A stretch of DNA of 64,000 bases from Dehalococcoidia bacterium (lineage in GTDB: Bacteria > Chloroflexota > Dehalococcoidia > SHYB01): assembly GCA_964291475.2 (NCBI GenBank), contig OZ220066.1:35726-99725 (forward strand). Direction: 5' to 3'. The notes beneath the pieces are model-generated. The model ran no database searches. It was not told where the DNA came from and was given only the letters and a program-made list of their open reading frames with translations. This document shows positions 29,245 through 38,562 of the stretch, in pieces; the first letter of the stretch is position 1, and every line of letters begins with the position of its first letter. The position numbers and the translations under genes were made by a program.

Positions 29245-30276
29245 ATGCGCCGCGTCAACGTGCTGATCGTCGCGCCCATGCTCGGGGAGGACGCCGTGGA
29301 GGTGGTCCGCGAGGTCTGCCCCGAGGCGGACGTCACGCGCGTCCCCTACTACGAGTCGGTGGAGCGCCGGCAGGCGCGGCACGCCGGGCTCGCCGGCCCA
29401 CCGGAAAACGAGGAGCTGCCCGACGGGATGCTCGAAGCGATGGCCGAGGCCGAGGTCATCGTGGCCCTGGTCCTGCCCCACAACGCCGTCGCGCGCGCCC
29501 CCAAGCTGCGCTGGGTGCAGAACATCGGCGCCGGCATCGAGCAGTACTTCGAGGACCGCGGCTCCGGCGTCTGGGAGAACCCCATCATTCTCACCAACAT
29601 GGGCGGCTTCAACTCCCACGCCATCGCCGAGTACGTCCTGGGCATGATCATCGTCTTCTCGAAGGGAATCCGCGGCTACGTCATCAACCAGCAGAGCCAT
29701 CTCTGGCAGCGGAGCCGCAGCGTGATGGTCGCGGGCCGCACGGTGGGCGTGATCGGCCTGGGACGCATCGGCAGCGAGGTGGCCAAGCTGTGCAAGGGCC
29801 TGGACATGCGCGTCCTCGCCAACAAGCGCTCGACGGGCGATCCGCCGCCCTACGTCGACCGGCTCTACGGCCCCGACGGGCTCCACGAGATGCTCGGGGA
29901 GTCGGACTACGTCGTCCTCGCCCTGCCCTCGGTCCCTGAGACGATCGACATTATCGGCGCGGCGGAGTTCCGGGCGATGAAGGAGACCGCCGTCTTCATC
30001 AACATCGCGCGCGGGGTGCAGGTCGTCGAGGCCGAGATGGCCGAGGCGCTGAAGGACGGCGTGATCGCCGGCGCGGCCATCGACGTCGTGGAGAACGAGC
30101 CGCTGGACAAGGACAGCCCGCTCTGGGACCTCGACAACGTGATCATCACGCCCCACGCCTCCGCCTCGGTCACCGACTACGGCTACCAGGTGGCCAAGGA
30201 GTTCGCGGCCAACCTCCGCCGCTACATCGACGGCGAGCCGATGCGCCACGTGGTGGACAAGGAGAAGGGCTACTAG
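29245..30276 (+). CDS. D-2-hydroxyacid dehydrogenase
   Basis: GLGRIG, INIARG, DVVENEPL, ITPH. Confidence 0.93.
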   Translation: MRRVNVLIVAPMLGEDAVEVVREVCPEADVTRVPYYESVERRQARHAGLAGPPENEELPDGMLEAMAEAEVIVALVLPHNAVARAPKLRWVQNIGAGIEQYFEDRGSGVWENPIILTNMGGFNSHAIAEYVLGMIIVFSKGIRGYVINQQSHLWQRSRSVMVAGRTVGVIGLGRIGSEVAKLCKGLDMRVLANKRSTGDPPPYVDRLYGPDGLHEMLGESDYVVLALPSVPETIDIIGAAEFRAMKETAVFINIARGVQVVEAEMAEALKDGVIAGAAIDVVENEPLDKDSPLWDLDNVIITPHASASVTDYGYQVAKEFAANLRRYIDGEPMRHVVDKEKGY

Positions 30277-30286
30277 CCACTCGGCC

Positions 30287-31393
30287 CTAGCCGAAGAGGC
30301 GGCCGAGGAGGTCGGGGCGGTAGCGAAGGCCGAAGCCCGGCTCGGCGGGGAGGCGGTAGCGGCCGCGCTCGGCGGCCGGGGGCGTCTCGAAGAGGCCGAA
30401 GCTCCAGGGAAACCATTCGAGGACCATCCCGTTGGGGAGCGCGGCGATGACCGGGGCGCTGATCTCGGGCATGATGTGGCTCACGATGGGCAGGCCGCCC
30501 GCCTCCCGCGCCACGCGCATCCAGGGCGTGATGCCGCCCGCCTCCTTGCCGTCGATCATGAGGATGTCGACGGCGGCGGCCGCGACGAGCCGCCGCAGCC
30601 CTTCGGGGAAGCGCGTGCTCTCGCCGGTGGTGATGGGGACGCCGACGGCCTCGCGGACGCGGGCGTAGCCCTCGACGTTCCGCTCCGGCAGCAGGTCTTC
30701 GACCCACGTGAGGTCGTAGAGCTCGAGGGCGCGGGCGATGGCGACGGCCTCGTCCTCGGTGTAGTACTGCAGGGCGTCGTACATGAGCTGCACGTCGGGG
30801 CCGATGGCCTCGCGCACCATGGCGACGCGGCGCGCCTCGGCCTCGGGGTCCCTTGAGCCGCCGGTGCGGACCTTGACGGCGTCGAAGCCTTGGTCGATGA
30901 AGCGCTTGGCGGCGCGGGCGGCTTCGAGGTCGGGGACGGACTCCCACATGTCGTAGCTGGCGTAGGTGGGGACGGTCTCCCGCTGCGCCCCGAGGAGGCG
31001 GTGCACGGGCGCGCCCTCGGCCTTGCCGAGCAGGTCCCAGAGGGCGACGTCGAGCGCCGACATGGACGCCGCCGCGATTCCCTCGCGCTCGTCCGGCGCG
31101 CCGTCATCCGCCGCGACGGCTTGCTCGACCACGGCGCGCAGCGCGTCCCAGTTGGCGTCGGTATCGGCGGGGTCGAGCCCCACGACGGCGTCCTCGACCG
31201 CCGCGACGGTGCGGGCGATGGCGTCGCCGCCGCTAGGCCGCATGGCGAAGGTGAAGCCGACGCCGCGCTCGCCGCCCTGGCCGGTGAGGCCGACGACGAC
31301 GTAGCGCAGGGTGGACAGCGTGCCGTACCTCGCGCCCAAGTCGAGGTCGATGGGCAGGTGGATGGTGGTGACGGCGAGCCGCTCGACGCGCAT
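30287..31393 (-). CDS. Mandelate racemase / muconate lactonizing enzyme family protein
   Basis: ALDVALWDLLGK, YDA, WVED, TGES metal ligands. Confidence 0.9.
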   Translation of the reverse strand: MRVERLAVTTIHLPIDLDLGARYGTLSTLRYVVVGLTGQGGERGVGFTFAMRPSGGDAIARTVAAVEDAVVGLDPADTDANWDALRAVVEQAVAADDGAPDEREGIAAASMSALDVALWDLLGKAEGAPVHRLLGAQRETVPTYASYDMWESVPDLEAARAAKRFIDQGFDAVKVRTGGSRDPEAEARRVAMVREAIGPDVQLMYDALQYYTEDEAVAIARALELYDLTWVEDLLPERNVEGYARVREAVGVPITTGESTRFPEGLRRLVAAAAVDILMIDGKEAGGITPWMRVAREAGGLPIVSHIMPEISAPVIAALPNGMVLEWFPWSFGLFETPPAAERGRYRLPAEPGFGLRYRPDLLGRLFG

Positions 31394-31464
31394 GACGGGG
31401 CCACCCTAGCGGCCGGCGTGGGGCGGGGTCAACGCCGCCGCGGGGGGCGGAGGGAGAGGAGGGA

Positions 31465-31686
31465 CTAACGGAGCAGGTCCAGGAACTCTTCCCTCGTTAG
31501 ACCGGCGTCCCGAATCAGCGCCCGCAGCAAGCCGCGGCCTAGCTCTCTGTGCCGGGGGACGGAGAGCCTTCTTCCCGTCCGCCCGAGCAAGATCATGTGG
31601 CTGCCCTCCGTGTGGTCGAGGGCGAAGCCGATCTTGGCGACCGCCCGGACGAACTCGTCGCCCGACAGTACGGGCAAGCGGGCCAC
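31465..31686 (-). CDS. hicA: HicA family toxin
   Basis: GF.LDHTEGSHMIL...LSVPRHRELGRGLLRALIRDAG. Confidence 0.9.
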   Translation of the reverse strand: MARLPVLSGDEFVRAVAKIGFALDHTEGSHMILLGRTGRRLSVPRHRELGRGLLRALIRDAGLTREEFLDLLR

Positions 31687-32183
31687 TACGCGGTCATGTC
31701 CAAGACTTCAAATTCTGAAGAGGAAGGAGTGGGCAGGCCATGCTCGCGCATGCTCGCGAGGTAGCCTCTGATGGCCTCTTGGATGTTCGCCAGCGCTTCG
31801 CTTCTCGTCCGCCCCTGGCTGTGACAGCCTGGGAGCGTCGGACAGCTCGCTACTTCCCATCCGTCCTCATCGGTCTCGAATACGACGAGCAGCCGCAGTG
31901 CTTGTCCGCCATTGGCGTCGCCGGTCGCCGCAGCGGCCGATGAACGGTCGGCAATCTCGAAGTCCAATGCCGTGAGTATTCCAAGCGCGTATTGCGAGGT
32001 GAACTCAAGCGGCTTCAGGCCGGTGGTCAGTTGGACAACTTGCTTGATGGGGTAGTGGCGCCCGTGGAGCTTGACGAAGTACTTGTGCCGCCCGTCCGCG
32101 GTCTCTGGCATCCGGCCGCGCGTGGCGTTCAGCACGTCGTCCCGGGCCACGTCATACTGCTTGCCGCCTATCCGGAAGTTCAT
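31686..32183 (-). CDS. hicB: HicB family antitoxin with extra N-terminal (SCO5918/McrA-head-like) domain
   Basis: C-terminal EDGWEVASCPTLPGCHSQGRTRSEALANIQEAI; N-terminal KYFVKLHGRHYPIKQVV...FTSQYALGILTALDF. Confidence 0.8.
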   Translation of the reverse strand: MNFRIGGKQYDVARDDVLNATRGRMPETADGRHKYFVKLHGRHYPIKQVVQLTTGLKPLEFTSQYALGILTALDFEIADRSSAAAATGDANGGQALRLLVVFETDEDGWEVASCPTLPGCHSQGRTRSEALANIQEAIRGYLASMREHGLPTPSSSEFEVLDMTA

Positions 32184-32200
32184 CGCAGTCCAACCTCGAT

Positions 32201-32230
32201 TCTATTAATAGAGCATAGAAGTATAGTCAA
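32201..32230 (-). promoter_or_regulatory. hicBA promoter with palindromic operator
   Basis: TTGACT (32230-32225); perfect palindrome TCTATTAATAGA (32201-32212) over the -10 region. Confidence 0.55.
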
Positions 32231-33528
32231 GACGCGTGAGTCTGTGGGCGACTTCCCTGACGCCGCGGCGGGCGGAGGGAGAGGAGGCCGACGGCGGAGA
32301 GGAGGGCGGCGATGGCGAAGGCGACGAAGGCCAGTTGGAACGAGCCGGTCTCCTCGAAGATGCGTCCGGCGACGGTCGGGCCCGCGATCTCGCCGAGCCC
32401 GATGACGAGGGTGGTGACGCTGGCGATGGCGGCGAAGTGCCGCCGCCCGAAGAACTCGCCTCGGAGCGCCATCGACATGGCGCCGCCGATCCCGCCCCAG
32501 AAGGAGCCGTAGATGAAGAGGAAGATGATGATGACCGCCAGCGTCTCTGCCCAGACCATGATCAACATCGACGCCGCGATGCCCGCCATCATCACGCCCG
32601 CGACGACGTTGCGCCGCCAGAGGTCGCCGAGGTAGCCCGAGGTCAGCCGGCTGGGCACGGTCATCACGGCGAAGACGATCAGCACCGAGGCGCCGGCGGC
32701 GGCGGTGAAACCCTTGTTTTCGATGGCGGGGATGAAGCAGAAGCCGAAGCCGGTGGTGACGAAGTTCCGTGCCAGGAAGGCGGCGCTCATCACCCAGAAG
32801 GCCCGCGTGGACAGGGCCTCCCGCAGCGTGAAACCGGCATAGGCGGGCGACGCCGGCGCGGCCGACGCCGCGGGCGCGGTGACGCCGGGACGGGGCGGGT
32901 CGCCGTCGGGGAGCAGCCCCTCGTCCTCCGGCCGGGCCCGCATGATCGCGGCCAACGGGAGGCCCACGGTGAGCACGATGCCGCCAAGGATCAGCGTCGC
33001 GTCTTGCCAGCCGATCTTGTCGATGAGGAACTGCGTCAGGTTGACCAGGACGGCGCCGAAGCTCACCCCCGTCATGCCGATGGCGAAGGCGAGTCCCCGC
33101 CGTCTGGCGAACCAGTTGTTGATGATCGACCCCGAGCCGTGCATCACCACCATGAAGCCGCCGGTGGCGACGAGCACCGTCTGGACCAAGGCGTAGAGGA
33201 GGAACGACTCGGCCCGCCCCACCAACAGGAAGCCGCCGCCCATCATCAGCACGCCGGCGAAGGTCATCAGGCGCGGACTCAGCCGCGCCGCCGCCAGGCC
33301 GAAGACGGCGGCGACGGAGCTCGAGATGCCGAAGACGAGCCCGATGCGGTCGACTCCCACGTCGAACGAGTCGGAGAGGGGATTGACGAAGGCGGAGTAG
33401 CCCAGGAAGTAGAACCCCGAGATCATCGAGGTTAGGCCGAAGGCGGCGGCGACGATCCACCAGCCGTAGAAGACGCGCCGCCCCAGGATCGATTCCGGTG
33501 GTGTCAGGCGGAACGAGGGGAGGTACAA
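32227..33528 (-). CDS. MFS transporter (OFA/MCT-like)
   Basis: FYGWWIV, NNWFARRRGLAF, EFFGRRHFAAI; last gene of the UGSC operon. Confidence 0.9.
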   Translation of the reverse strand: MYLPSFRLTPPESILGRRVFYGWWIVAAAFGLTSMISGFYFLGYSAFVNPLSDSFDVGVDRIGLVFGISSSVAAVFGLAAARLSPRLMTFAGVLMMGGGFLLVGRAESFLLYALVQTVLVATGGFMVVMHGSGSIINNWFARRRGLAFAIGMTGVSFGAVLVNLTQFLIDKIGWQDATLILGGIVLTVGLPLAAIMRARPEDEGLLPDGDPPRPGVTAPAASAAPASPAYAGFTLREALSTRAFWVMSAAFLARNFVTTGFGFCFIPAIENKGFTAAAGASVLIVFAVMTVPSRLTSGYLGDLWRRNVVAGVMMAGIAASMLIMVWAETLAVIIIFLFIYGSFWGGIGGAMSMALRGEFFGRRHFAAIASVTTLVIGLGEIAGPTVAGRIFEETGSFQLAFVAFAIAALLSAVGLLSLRPPRRQGSRPQTHAS

Positions 33529-33537
33529 GGCGCAGGG

Positions 33538-34548
33538 CTAGCGGAACTTCGCCGGCGCCAGCTCGTCGACGGTGCGCAGCATCGTCTCCATCGGCGAGCG
33601 GTTGGGGACGTAGAGGACGGGCGAGTCCAGGCCCTTCTCCGCGAGGTCGGCGAGCATTTGGCGGGTCTGCTCCGCGGTGCCGCCGGCGCAGAACTCGTCG
33701 ACCATGGCGTCGGTGACGACGCCGGCGGCCTCCTCCCGCTCGAACTTCGACCACAGCTCGGCGATGCGGTCGGTCTCCTCGACGTAGCCGTACTTTGCGA
33801 TCAGGTCGCGGTAGTAGCGGCCCATGCCGCCGATGTAGAAGGCGAGGTGGCCCTTGATGAGCTTGCGCGCCACCTGGGGGTCGTCGTCCACGCAGGCCAC
33901 GATGTAGGGGCGCAGGTCGATGTCGCCCGGGTCGCGGCCGGACTGTTGCGCGCCCTCGGCGAGCCACGTCCGCCACTGGGGCAGGTAGTTGGGCGAGACG
34001 TAGAGCGGGGCCCAGCCGTCGGCGAGCTCGCCGGTCAGCCGGACGTTCTTGGGGCCCAGCGAGGCGACGAAGATGGGGGTGTCGGGGCGCGGCGGCTTGG
34101 TGGCGATCCGGAAGTCGCGCAGCTTGTAGATCTCGCCGTCGTAGTTGACCCGCTGCCCGCTGAGCGCCAGCCGGACGATCTCGATGTACTCCCGCGTCCG
34201 CTGCATTGGGCGGTCGTAGGGGACGCCGTGCCAGTCGCGGATGACCTTGGCGCCGCTCGTCCCCAGGCCGAGGATGGCCCGCCGGTCCGAGATGTCGTCG
34301 AGGGTGGCGGCGCACTGCGCCACCAGCCCGGGGGTGCGGCTGAAGACGTTGGCGATGCCCGCCGCGATCTGGATGCGGGACGTGTTGCAGGCCAGCGCGG
34401 TGAGCATGATGAAGAGCTCGCGCCCCCACGACTCGCCGACCCACACCGAATCGTAGCCCGCCCCTTCGAGCCGTTGGACGAACTCGACGATCTCGGAGAC
34501 CGGGCGGTCCTCCCGCAGGGTGAGGTTGACCCCGATGCGTTCGAGCAT
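33538..34548 (-). CDS. LLM-class F420-dependent oxidoreductase (Mer-like)
   Basis: GYDSVWVGESWG, ANVFSRTPG, ATLDDISDRRAILGLGTSG, LGPKNVRLTGELADGW. Confidence 0.92.
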   Translation of the reverse strand: MLERIGVNLTLREDRPVSEIVEFVQRLEGAGYDSVWVGESWGRELFIMLTALACNTSRIQIAAGIANVFSRTPGLVAQCAATLDDISDRRAILGLGTSGAKVIRDWHGVPYDRPMQRTREYIEIVRLALSGQRVNYDGEIYKLRDFRIATKPPRPDTPIFVASLGPKNVRLTGELADGWAPLYVSPNYLPQWRTWLAEGAQQSGRDPGDIDLRPYIVACVDDDPQVARKLIKGHLAFYIGGMGRYYRDLIAKYGYVEETDRIAELWSKFEREEAAGVVTDAMVDEFCAGGTAEQTRQMLADLAEKGLDSPVLYVPNRSPMETMLRTVDELAPAKFR

Positions 34549-34554
34549 ACCGCG

Positions 34555-35349
34555 CTAGCCGCCCGCCATCTGGGGCCGCGCCGAGGTGCAGCTGAGGCCG
34601 CCGTCGGCGTGGATGGTCTGGCCGGTGACGTAGCCGGCGCGGTCGGAGGCCAGCACGGCGACCAGGTAGCCGATGTCCTCCGGCTGCCCCGCCCGCCCGA
34701 TGGGGATGACCGAGGCGTCCATCTCCGTCCGTCCCGAGTGCCCCAGCGCCTCCGGTGTGTTGATGGAGGCGGGAGAGACGCAGTTGACGCGGATGCCGTG
34801 CCGGGCGAGCTCGATGGCGAGCGTCTGGGTGTAGTGCATGATGCCGGCCTTGGAGGCGCCGTAGGGGGAGAGGCGGGCCGAGGCGCGCAGGCCGCTGATC
34901 GAGGCGATGTTGACGATGGTCCCCTTCACGCCGCGATCGACCATCGAGCGGGCCATCTCGCGGGAGCAGAGGTAGGTGGAGCGCAGGTTCTGGTTGACGA
35001 CGTAGTCCCAGAATTCGAGCGACGACTCGACGACCAGCGCGGGGTGCTCCTGGCTCAAACCGCCGATGTTGCAGACGCCGATGTCCAGGCCGCCGAGCTC
35101 GGACACAGTATCGGCGACCATCTGTCTTATCGCGTCCTCCGACCGCGCGTCGGCGGTGAGGGCGACGGCCCGGCGGCCCATGCCGCGGATCTTGTCGGCG
35201 ACGCGCTCGGCCTTCTCCGCGTTGATGTCGACGATGGCCGCGTGGCAGCCGGCCTCGGCGAGCACGGTGGCGATCCCCTCGCCCATGCCCTGCCCCGCGC
35301 CGGTGACGAGACAGACCCTATCTTCCAGGCCGAGCAACGAGTCCGCCAT
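34555..35349 (-). CDS. SDR family oxidoreductase
   Basis: TGAGQGMG, NIASISG, YGASK. Confidence 0.92.
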   Translation of the reverse strand: MADSLLGLEDRVCLVTGAGQGMGEGIATVLAEAGCHAAIVDINAEKAERVADKIRGMGRRAVALTADARSEDAIRQMVADTVSELGGLDIGVCNIGGLSQEHPALVVESSLEFWDYVVNQNLRSTYLCSREMARSMVDRGVKGTIVNIASISGLRASARLSPYGASKAGIMHYTQTLAIELARHGIRVNCVSPASINTPEALGHSGRTEMDASVIPIGRAGQPEDIGYLVAVLASDRAGYVTGQTIHADGGLSCTSARPQMAGG

Positions 35350-35387
35350 GATTGCCTCCTAGCCTTCGCGTTCGTCTTGGGTGGGCG

Positions 35388-36446
35388 CTAGCGCACGATG
35401 GGGCGCGTCACCGCGTCCGTCTCCGCAAAGGAGTGGCACGCGATGGCGTGAAGCCCGCCGAGGCCGCCGTTGACGATGATGAGGAACTGGTCCGGGTCCG
35501 CCGCCATGGGCACGACGCCGTTGACGATCCGCCCGCGCTCCTCCATGGGCCCGTGCAGCTCTTCGGGCCAGCGGTCGAGCGGGACCGCGCTGGTCTGCTC
35601 GAAGATGAACTGGCGCGCGTCCTCGACCGACCAGCCGTCGCGGGCGACGATGTAGGCGAAGTCGGGGCAGAGCGCGAGGAGCACCTGGGCCGACTCCAGC
35701 TTGCCGAGCACCATGTTGGTGGCCGAGCAGTCGATGGAGTGCGCGAGGACGGTCAGCAGGCCCGCCGCCGTCTTGCACGCGACGTCCTGCAGGTTGAGGG
35801 TGCCCTGCGCGCCGAAGACGGTGACCGCGTCCTGGCCTTCCGCGAGGCCCCGCTGGACGCTGAGCGCGGGCCACGGGCTCTGCTCCTCCCACTCGCCGAC
35901 GCAGCCGGTGATCCGCAGGGGGTTGCCCATCGTGCTCTTGCTGACGATGCCCTCGATGGAGCCGCCCACGTTCCGCATGACCAGGCGCACGGCGCGCCCG
36001 ATGGTGGTGTTGGCGCGGGCGTTGGCGCCGCCGAAGACGCTGTAGCCGCAGTTGATCTCCAGCTCGTTGCGGATTGGGCCGTTGACGATGACCAACTGGC
36101 CCACGCTGCTGGTGGTGGTGTTGAGGGCGTAGAGGTTGAACTGCGGGTCGGCGCAGGCCTCGATGGCGCTGACGACGACCGGCATGTACTCCGGCTTGCA
36201 GCCCGCCATCACGGCGTTGATCGCGATCTTCTCGATGGTCGCCGGGGCGTTGTTGGGCGGGATGTTGGCGACGTTGTCCTGCGGCTCGCGGTTGACGCCG
36301 GCCATCATCCGCTTCACGCGCTCCGGGGTCGGCGGGATGATTGGCAGGCCGTCGATCCAGCCGAGGTCGGCGGCGCGCTCGTAGACGGCCTCGATCGAGT
36401 CGTCGTCGAGGGCGACGACCTCCGCCGTCAGGGTGGGGTCGGACAT
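35388..36446 (-). CDS. Conserved partner of UGSC proteins (unknown function)
   Basis: GWIDGLPIIPPTPERV, ATIEKIAINAVMAGCKPEY, VNGPI, RANTTIGRA motifs; 9 nt downstream of the UGSC gene. Confidence 0.8.
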   Translation of the reverse strand: MSDPTLTAEVVALDDDSIEAVYERAADLGWIDGLPIIPPTPERVKRMMAGVNREPQDNVANIPPNNAPATIEKIAINAVMAGCKPEYMPVVVSAIEACADPQFNLYALNTTTSSVGQLVIVNGPIRNELEINCGYSVFGGANARANTTIGRAVRLVMRNVGGSIEGIVSKSTMGNPLRITGCVGEWEEQSPWPALSVQRGLAEGQDAVTVFGAQGTLNLQDVACKTAAGLLTVLAHSIDCSATNMVLGKLESAQVLLALCPDFAYIVARDGWSVEDARQFIFEQTSAVPLDRWPEELHGPMEERGRIVNGVVPMAADPDQFLIIVNGGLGGLHAIACHSFAETDAVTRPIVR

Positions 36447-36455
36447 CGGGGCCTC

Positions 36456-37001
36456 CTAGGCGCTGGTCTCGCCGTCGGTCAGCGCCCTGGCCACGGCCTC
36501 GTACTTCTCCTTGGCCAGCGCCTTGATGTCGTCCTTGGGCAGCGGCTCGAAGGGGTGAGGCAGGACGACCATGGGGATGTCGCTGCGGTTGCGGGCGCGC
36601 AGCAGGCTCTCGGCCAGCTTGACGAACTCGGAGGTCACCATGAGGACCGTCGGCTTGCCCTGCTCGTTGACGCTAATCGTGTCGTGGACACTCCACGCGG
36701 TGCAGGAGCCTCAGGCCGCGAGGCCGACGGCGACGGCGTCGACGCTGTCGACGAAGTCGGACAGCTCCTTCGCCCCGGCGGCGTCGGTCTGACTCCGGCT
36801 GGTGGGGTAGTAGTGCTTCACCTCGAGGGGCTCGTAGTTCTCCTTGAGGTGGGAGTCGACCTCGTTGCAAAAGATATCGAAGTTGGCCCAATCGACCCGG
36901 AAGCCGATCCGCTTCCCGTCGATGGTGTCGAGGGTGGGCGTCTCCGTCTTGTTGACCTTGGGCATGACGCCGGTGGGGTCGAGGAGCTCGATCTTGGCCA
37001 T
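36456..37001 (-). CDS. UGSC-family selenoprotein (Sec at TGA 36713-36711)
   Basis: ORFs 36711..37001 and 36456..36641 are in one frame: ...VAVGLAA-U-GSC-TAWSVHD...GKPTV. SECIS-like hairpin CGTGGA-GTG-TCCACG starts 13 nt after the TGA. Confidence 0.9.
36683..36697 (-). promoter_or_regulatory. Bacterial SECIS-like hairpin
   Basis: 6-bp perfect stem with a G-U-containing loop immediately 3' of the in-frame UGA. Confidence 0.65.
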
Positions 37002-37049
37002 GACGCTTCCTTTCGGGCCGCCGAACGCAGCCTCGCCGGATATGGCCAG

Positions 37050-37078
37050 ATGTTACGTGGTATCGGGAGCGGCGGCAA
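37050..37078 (-). promoter_or_regulatory. Promoter of the UGSC operon
   Basis: TTGCCG, 17 bp, TAACAT. Confidence 0.45.
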
Positions 37079-37135
37079 CAGCGGGGACGGGGGTGGGGGT
37101 GAATGACGGTTGGATGACCGTTGGTGGTTGTTGGG

Positions 37136-37174
37136 GGGCCCCTCATCTCAATCTTCTCCCGGCGGGAGAAGAGG
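37136..37174. repeat. Hairpin module C (reverse orientation)
   Basis: GGGCCCCTCATCTCAATCTTCTCCCGGCGGGAGAAGAGG. Confidence 0.8.
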
Positions 37175-37212
37175 CAAGAGGCATAGGAGTCCCAGGGCGC
37201 AACCCCGAAAAA

Positions 37213-37480
37213 AAGGATGGAGTTGGGGAGCGTCCGCCGCGCCACGGCGTCGGCGCGGCGGACGCGGGCCCGGCGGGGGTTACCGCGCCGGGCCGCTTCT
37301 CCAAACTCATCCTCACAACTCCGTCATGGCCTTGCCGGTCCCTAGGAGACCGGCCATGGGGAGTTCTTTGAGGCGTCCGCTGAGGTCAGCGGGCCTCACG
37401 CAGCGCTAAGGGTCAGCGCTTGGTGCGCCTCCACGCCGGAGCCTCCCGAAGGGACTTCGGCGCGCCCGTGGCTTTTTTTG
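37213..37480 (+). ncRNA. Candidate structured non-coding RNA
   Basis: At least seven consecutive or nested stems with G-U pairs favouring the + strand, ending in a hairpin plus T7; no credible ORF. Confidence 0.4.
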
Positions 37481-37605
37481 AGGAGGCTTCCCTCGGGAAG
37501 CGCCGTCTGCGTTTTGGCCAAGGCGCCGGTCGGGCTGGTTTCGCATGGGGAGATGGTAGGGGACGGGGGCGGGCATGGGGAAGGGGCGGGTGTCGGTGGG
37601 GGGCG

Positions 37606-38562
37606 CTATGGGTTGCCCTCTTCTAGCAGTGGGCCGTCTCCGATGCGTGCGCTGATTCGCTTGGCGAGGGCATCCCGCAGCTCTTCGGGCGTTTCCCACA
37701 CGATGTGGTTGTACTGCCGGGTATCAAAAGCCAGCTCGTCGACCATGTCCTTCCGGCAGGTATGGATGACGGGAATGCCCAGGCCATATGCGAAGCCTGC
37801 CTCAAAGTAAACGCCGCCGCGCGCTCCGTCTTCACCTTGTGTGAAGTCAGCTACTAGGAAGCGGGAGCGTCTGATTCCGGCAATGATTGCATCGTCGATC
37901 TTCTGGACATCTTGTTCCTGGTCGATACGTAAGGGCCTGTATCCAGCGTCTTGCACACCAGGTTCGACCCCCCGCCTGTAGGCATCCAGTAGGCTTTCGT
38001 CGAACCACATGGCGACGAATGCCTGCGCCGAATCGGTATTGGCCTTGTGCTCTTCGATGTAGCGATGGCCATCTACGGTGACCCTAACGATATGGCTCCG
38101 ACCTGGTTGTTCCAGCCAGCCGACTTCCCTCAGATAGTCCAGAAGATATTCGACTTCTTCCCATTTTGTTGACTCAGAGTGCGCGTACGCTCGCCACACC
38201 GTTTCGCGTTCCTGAATCAACTTGAAAAGAGTGCTAACTGATTCGGTACGATGAGCTATATACCTGAGCAATCGAGTAGCACGTTCGAAGGGCGAGAGAG
38301 GCGGCTTAACCTCGATACGTTGCAAGATGTCTTTGCTGATTCGTGGTTGAATGACTCCTTGGGAGCGCTGATCGACAAGCCACGTTGTTAGCCGTGCCTT
38401 CTGTTCGTCGCTCAGTGCGCTGAGCCAGTGCTTTAACTCCAGGTCACCAATGTAGCCCCCGTCTGCCCTGGGAGAATTCGCAAAACCTGCGCTGTGTCGG
38501 CCGTCCGTAAAGTAGCCGGCCGCCGGATGCCCAGGCCAGATGAAGCAATCCGAGTTAGACAT
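37606..38562 (-). CDS. Nucleoside 2-deoxyribosyltransferase/TIR-like domain protein (putative defence effector)
   Basis: QAFVAMWF, KIDDAIIAGIRRSRFLVADFT, GGVYFEAGFAYGLGIPVI, FDTRQYNHIVW; lower GC than the flanks; start ATG 38562. Confidence 0.75.
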   Translation of the reverse strand: MSNSDCFIWPGHPAAGYFTDGRHSAGFANSPRADGGYIGDLELKHWLSALSDEQKARLTTWLVDQRSQGVIQPRISKDILQRIEVKPPLSPFERATRLLRYIAHRTESVSTLFKLIQERETVWRAYAHSESTKWEEVEYLLDYLREVGWLEQPGRSHIVRVTVDGHRYIEEHKANTDSAQAFVAMWFDESLLDAYRRGVEPGVQDAGYRPLRIDQEQDVQKIDDAIIAGIRRSRFLVADFTQGEDGARGGVYFEAGFAYGLGIPVIHTCRKDMVDELAFDTRQYNHIVWETPEELRDALAKRISARIGDGPLLEEGNP

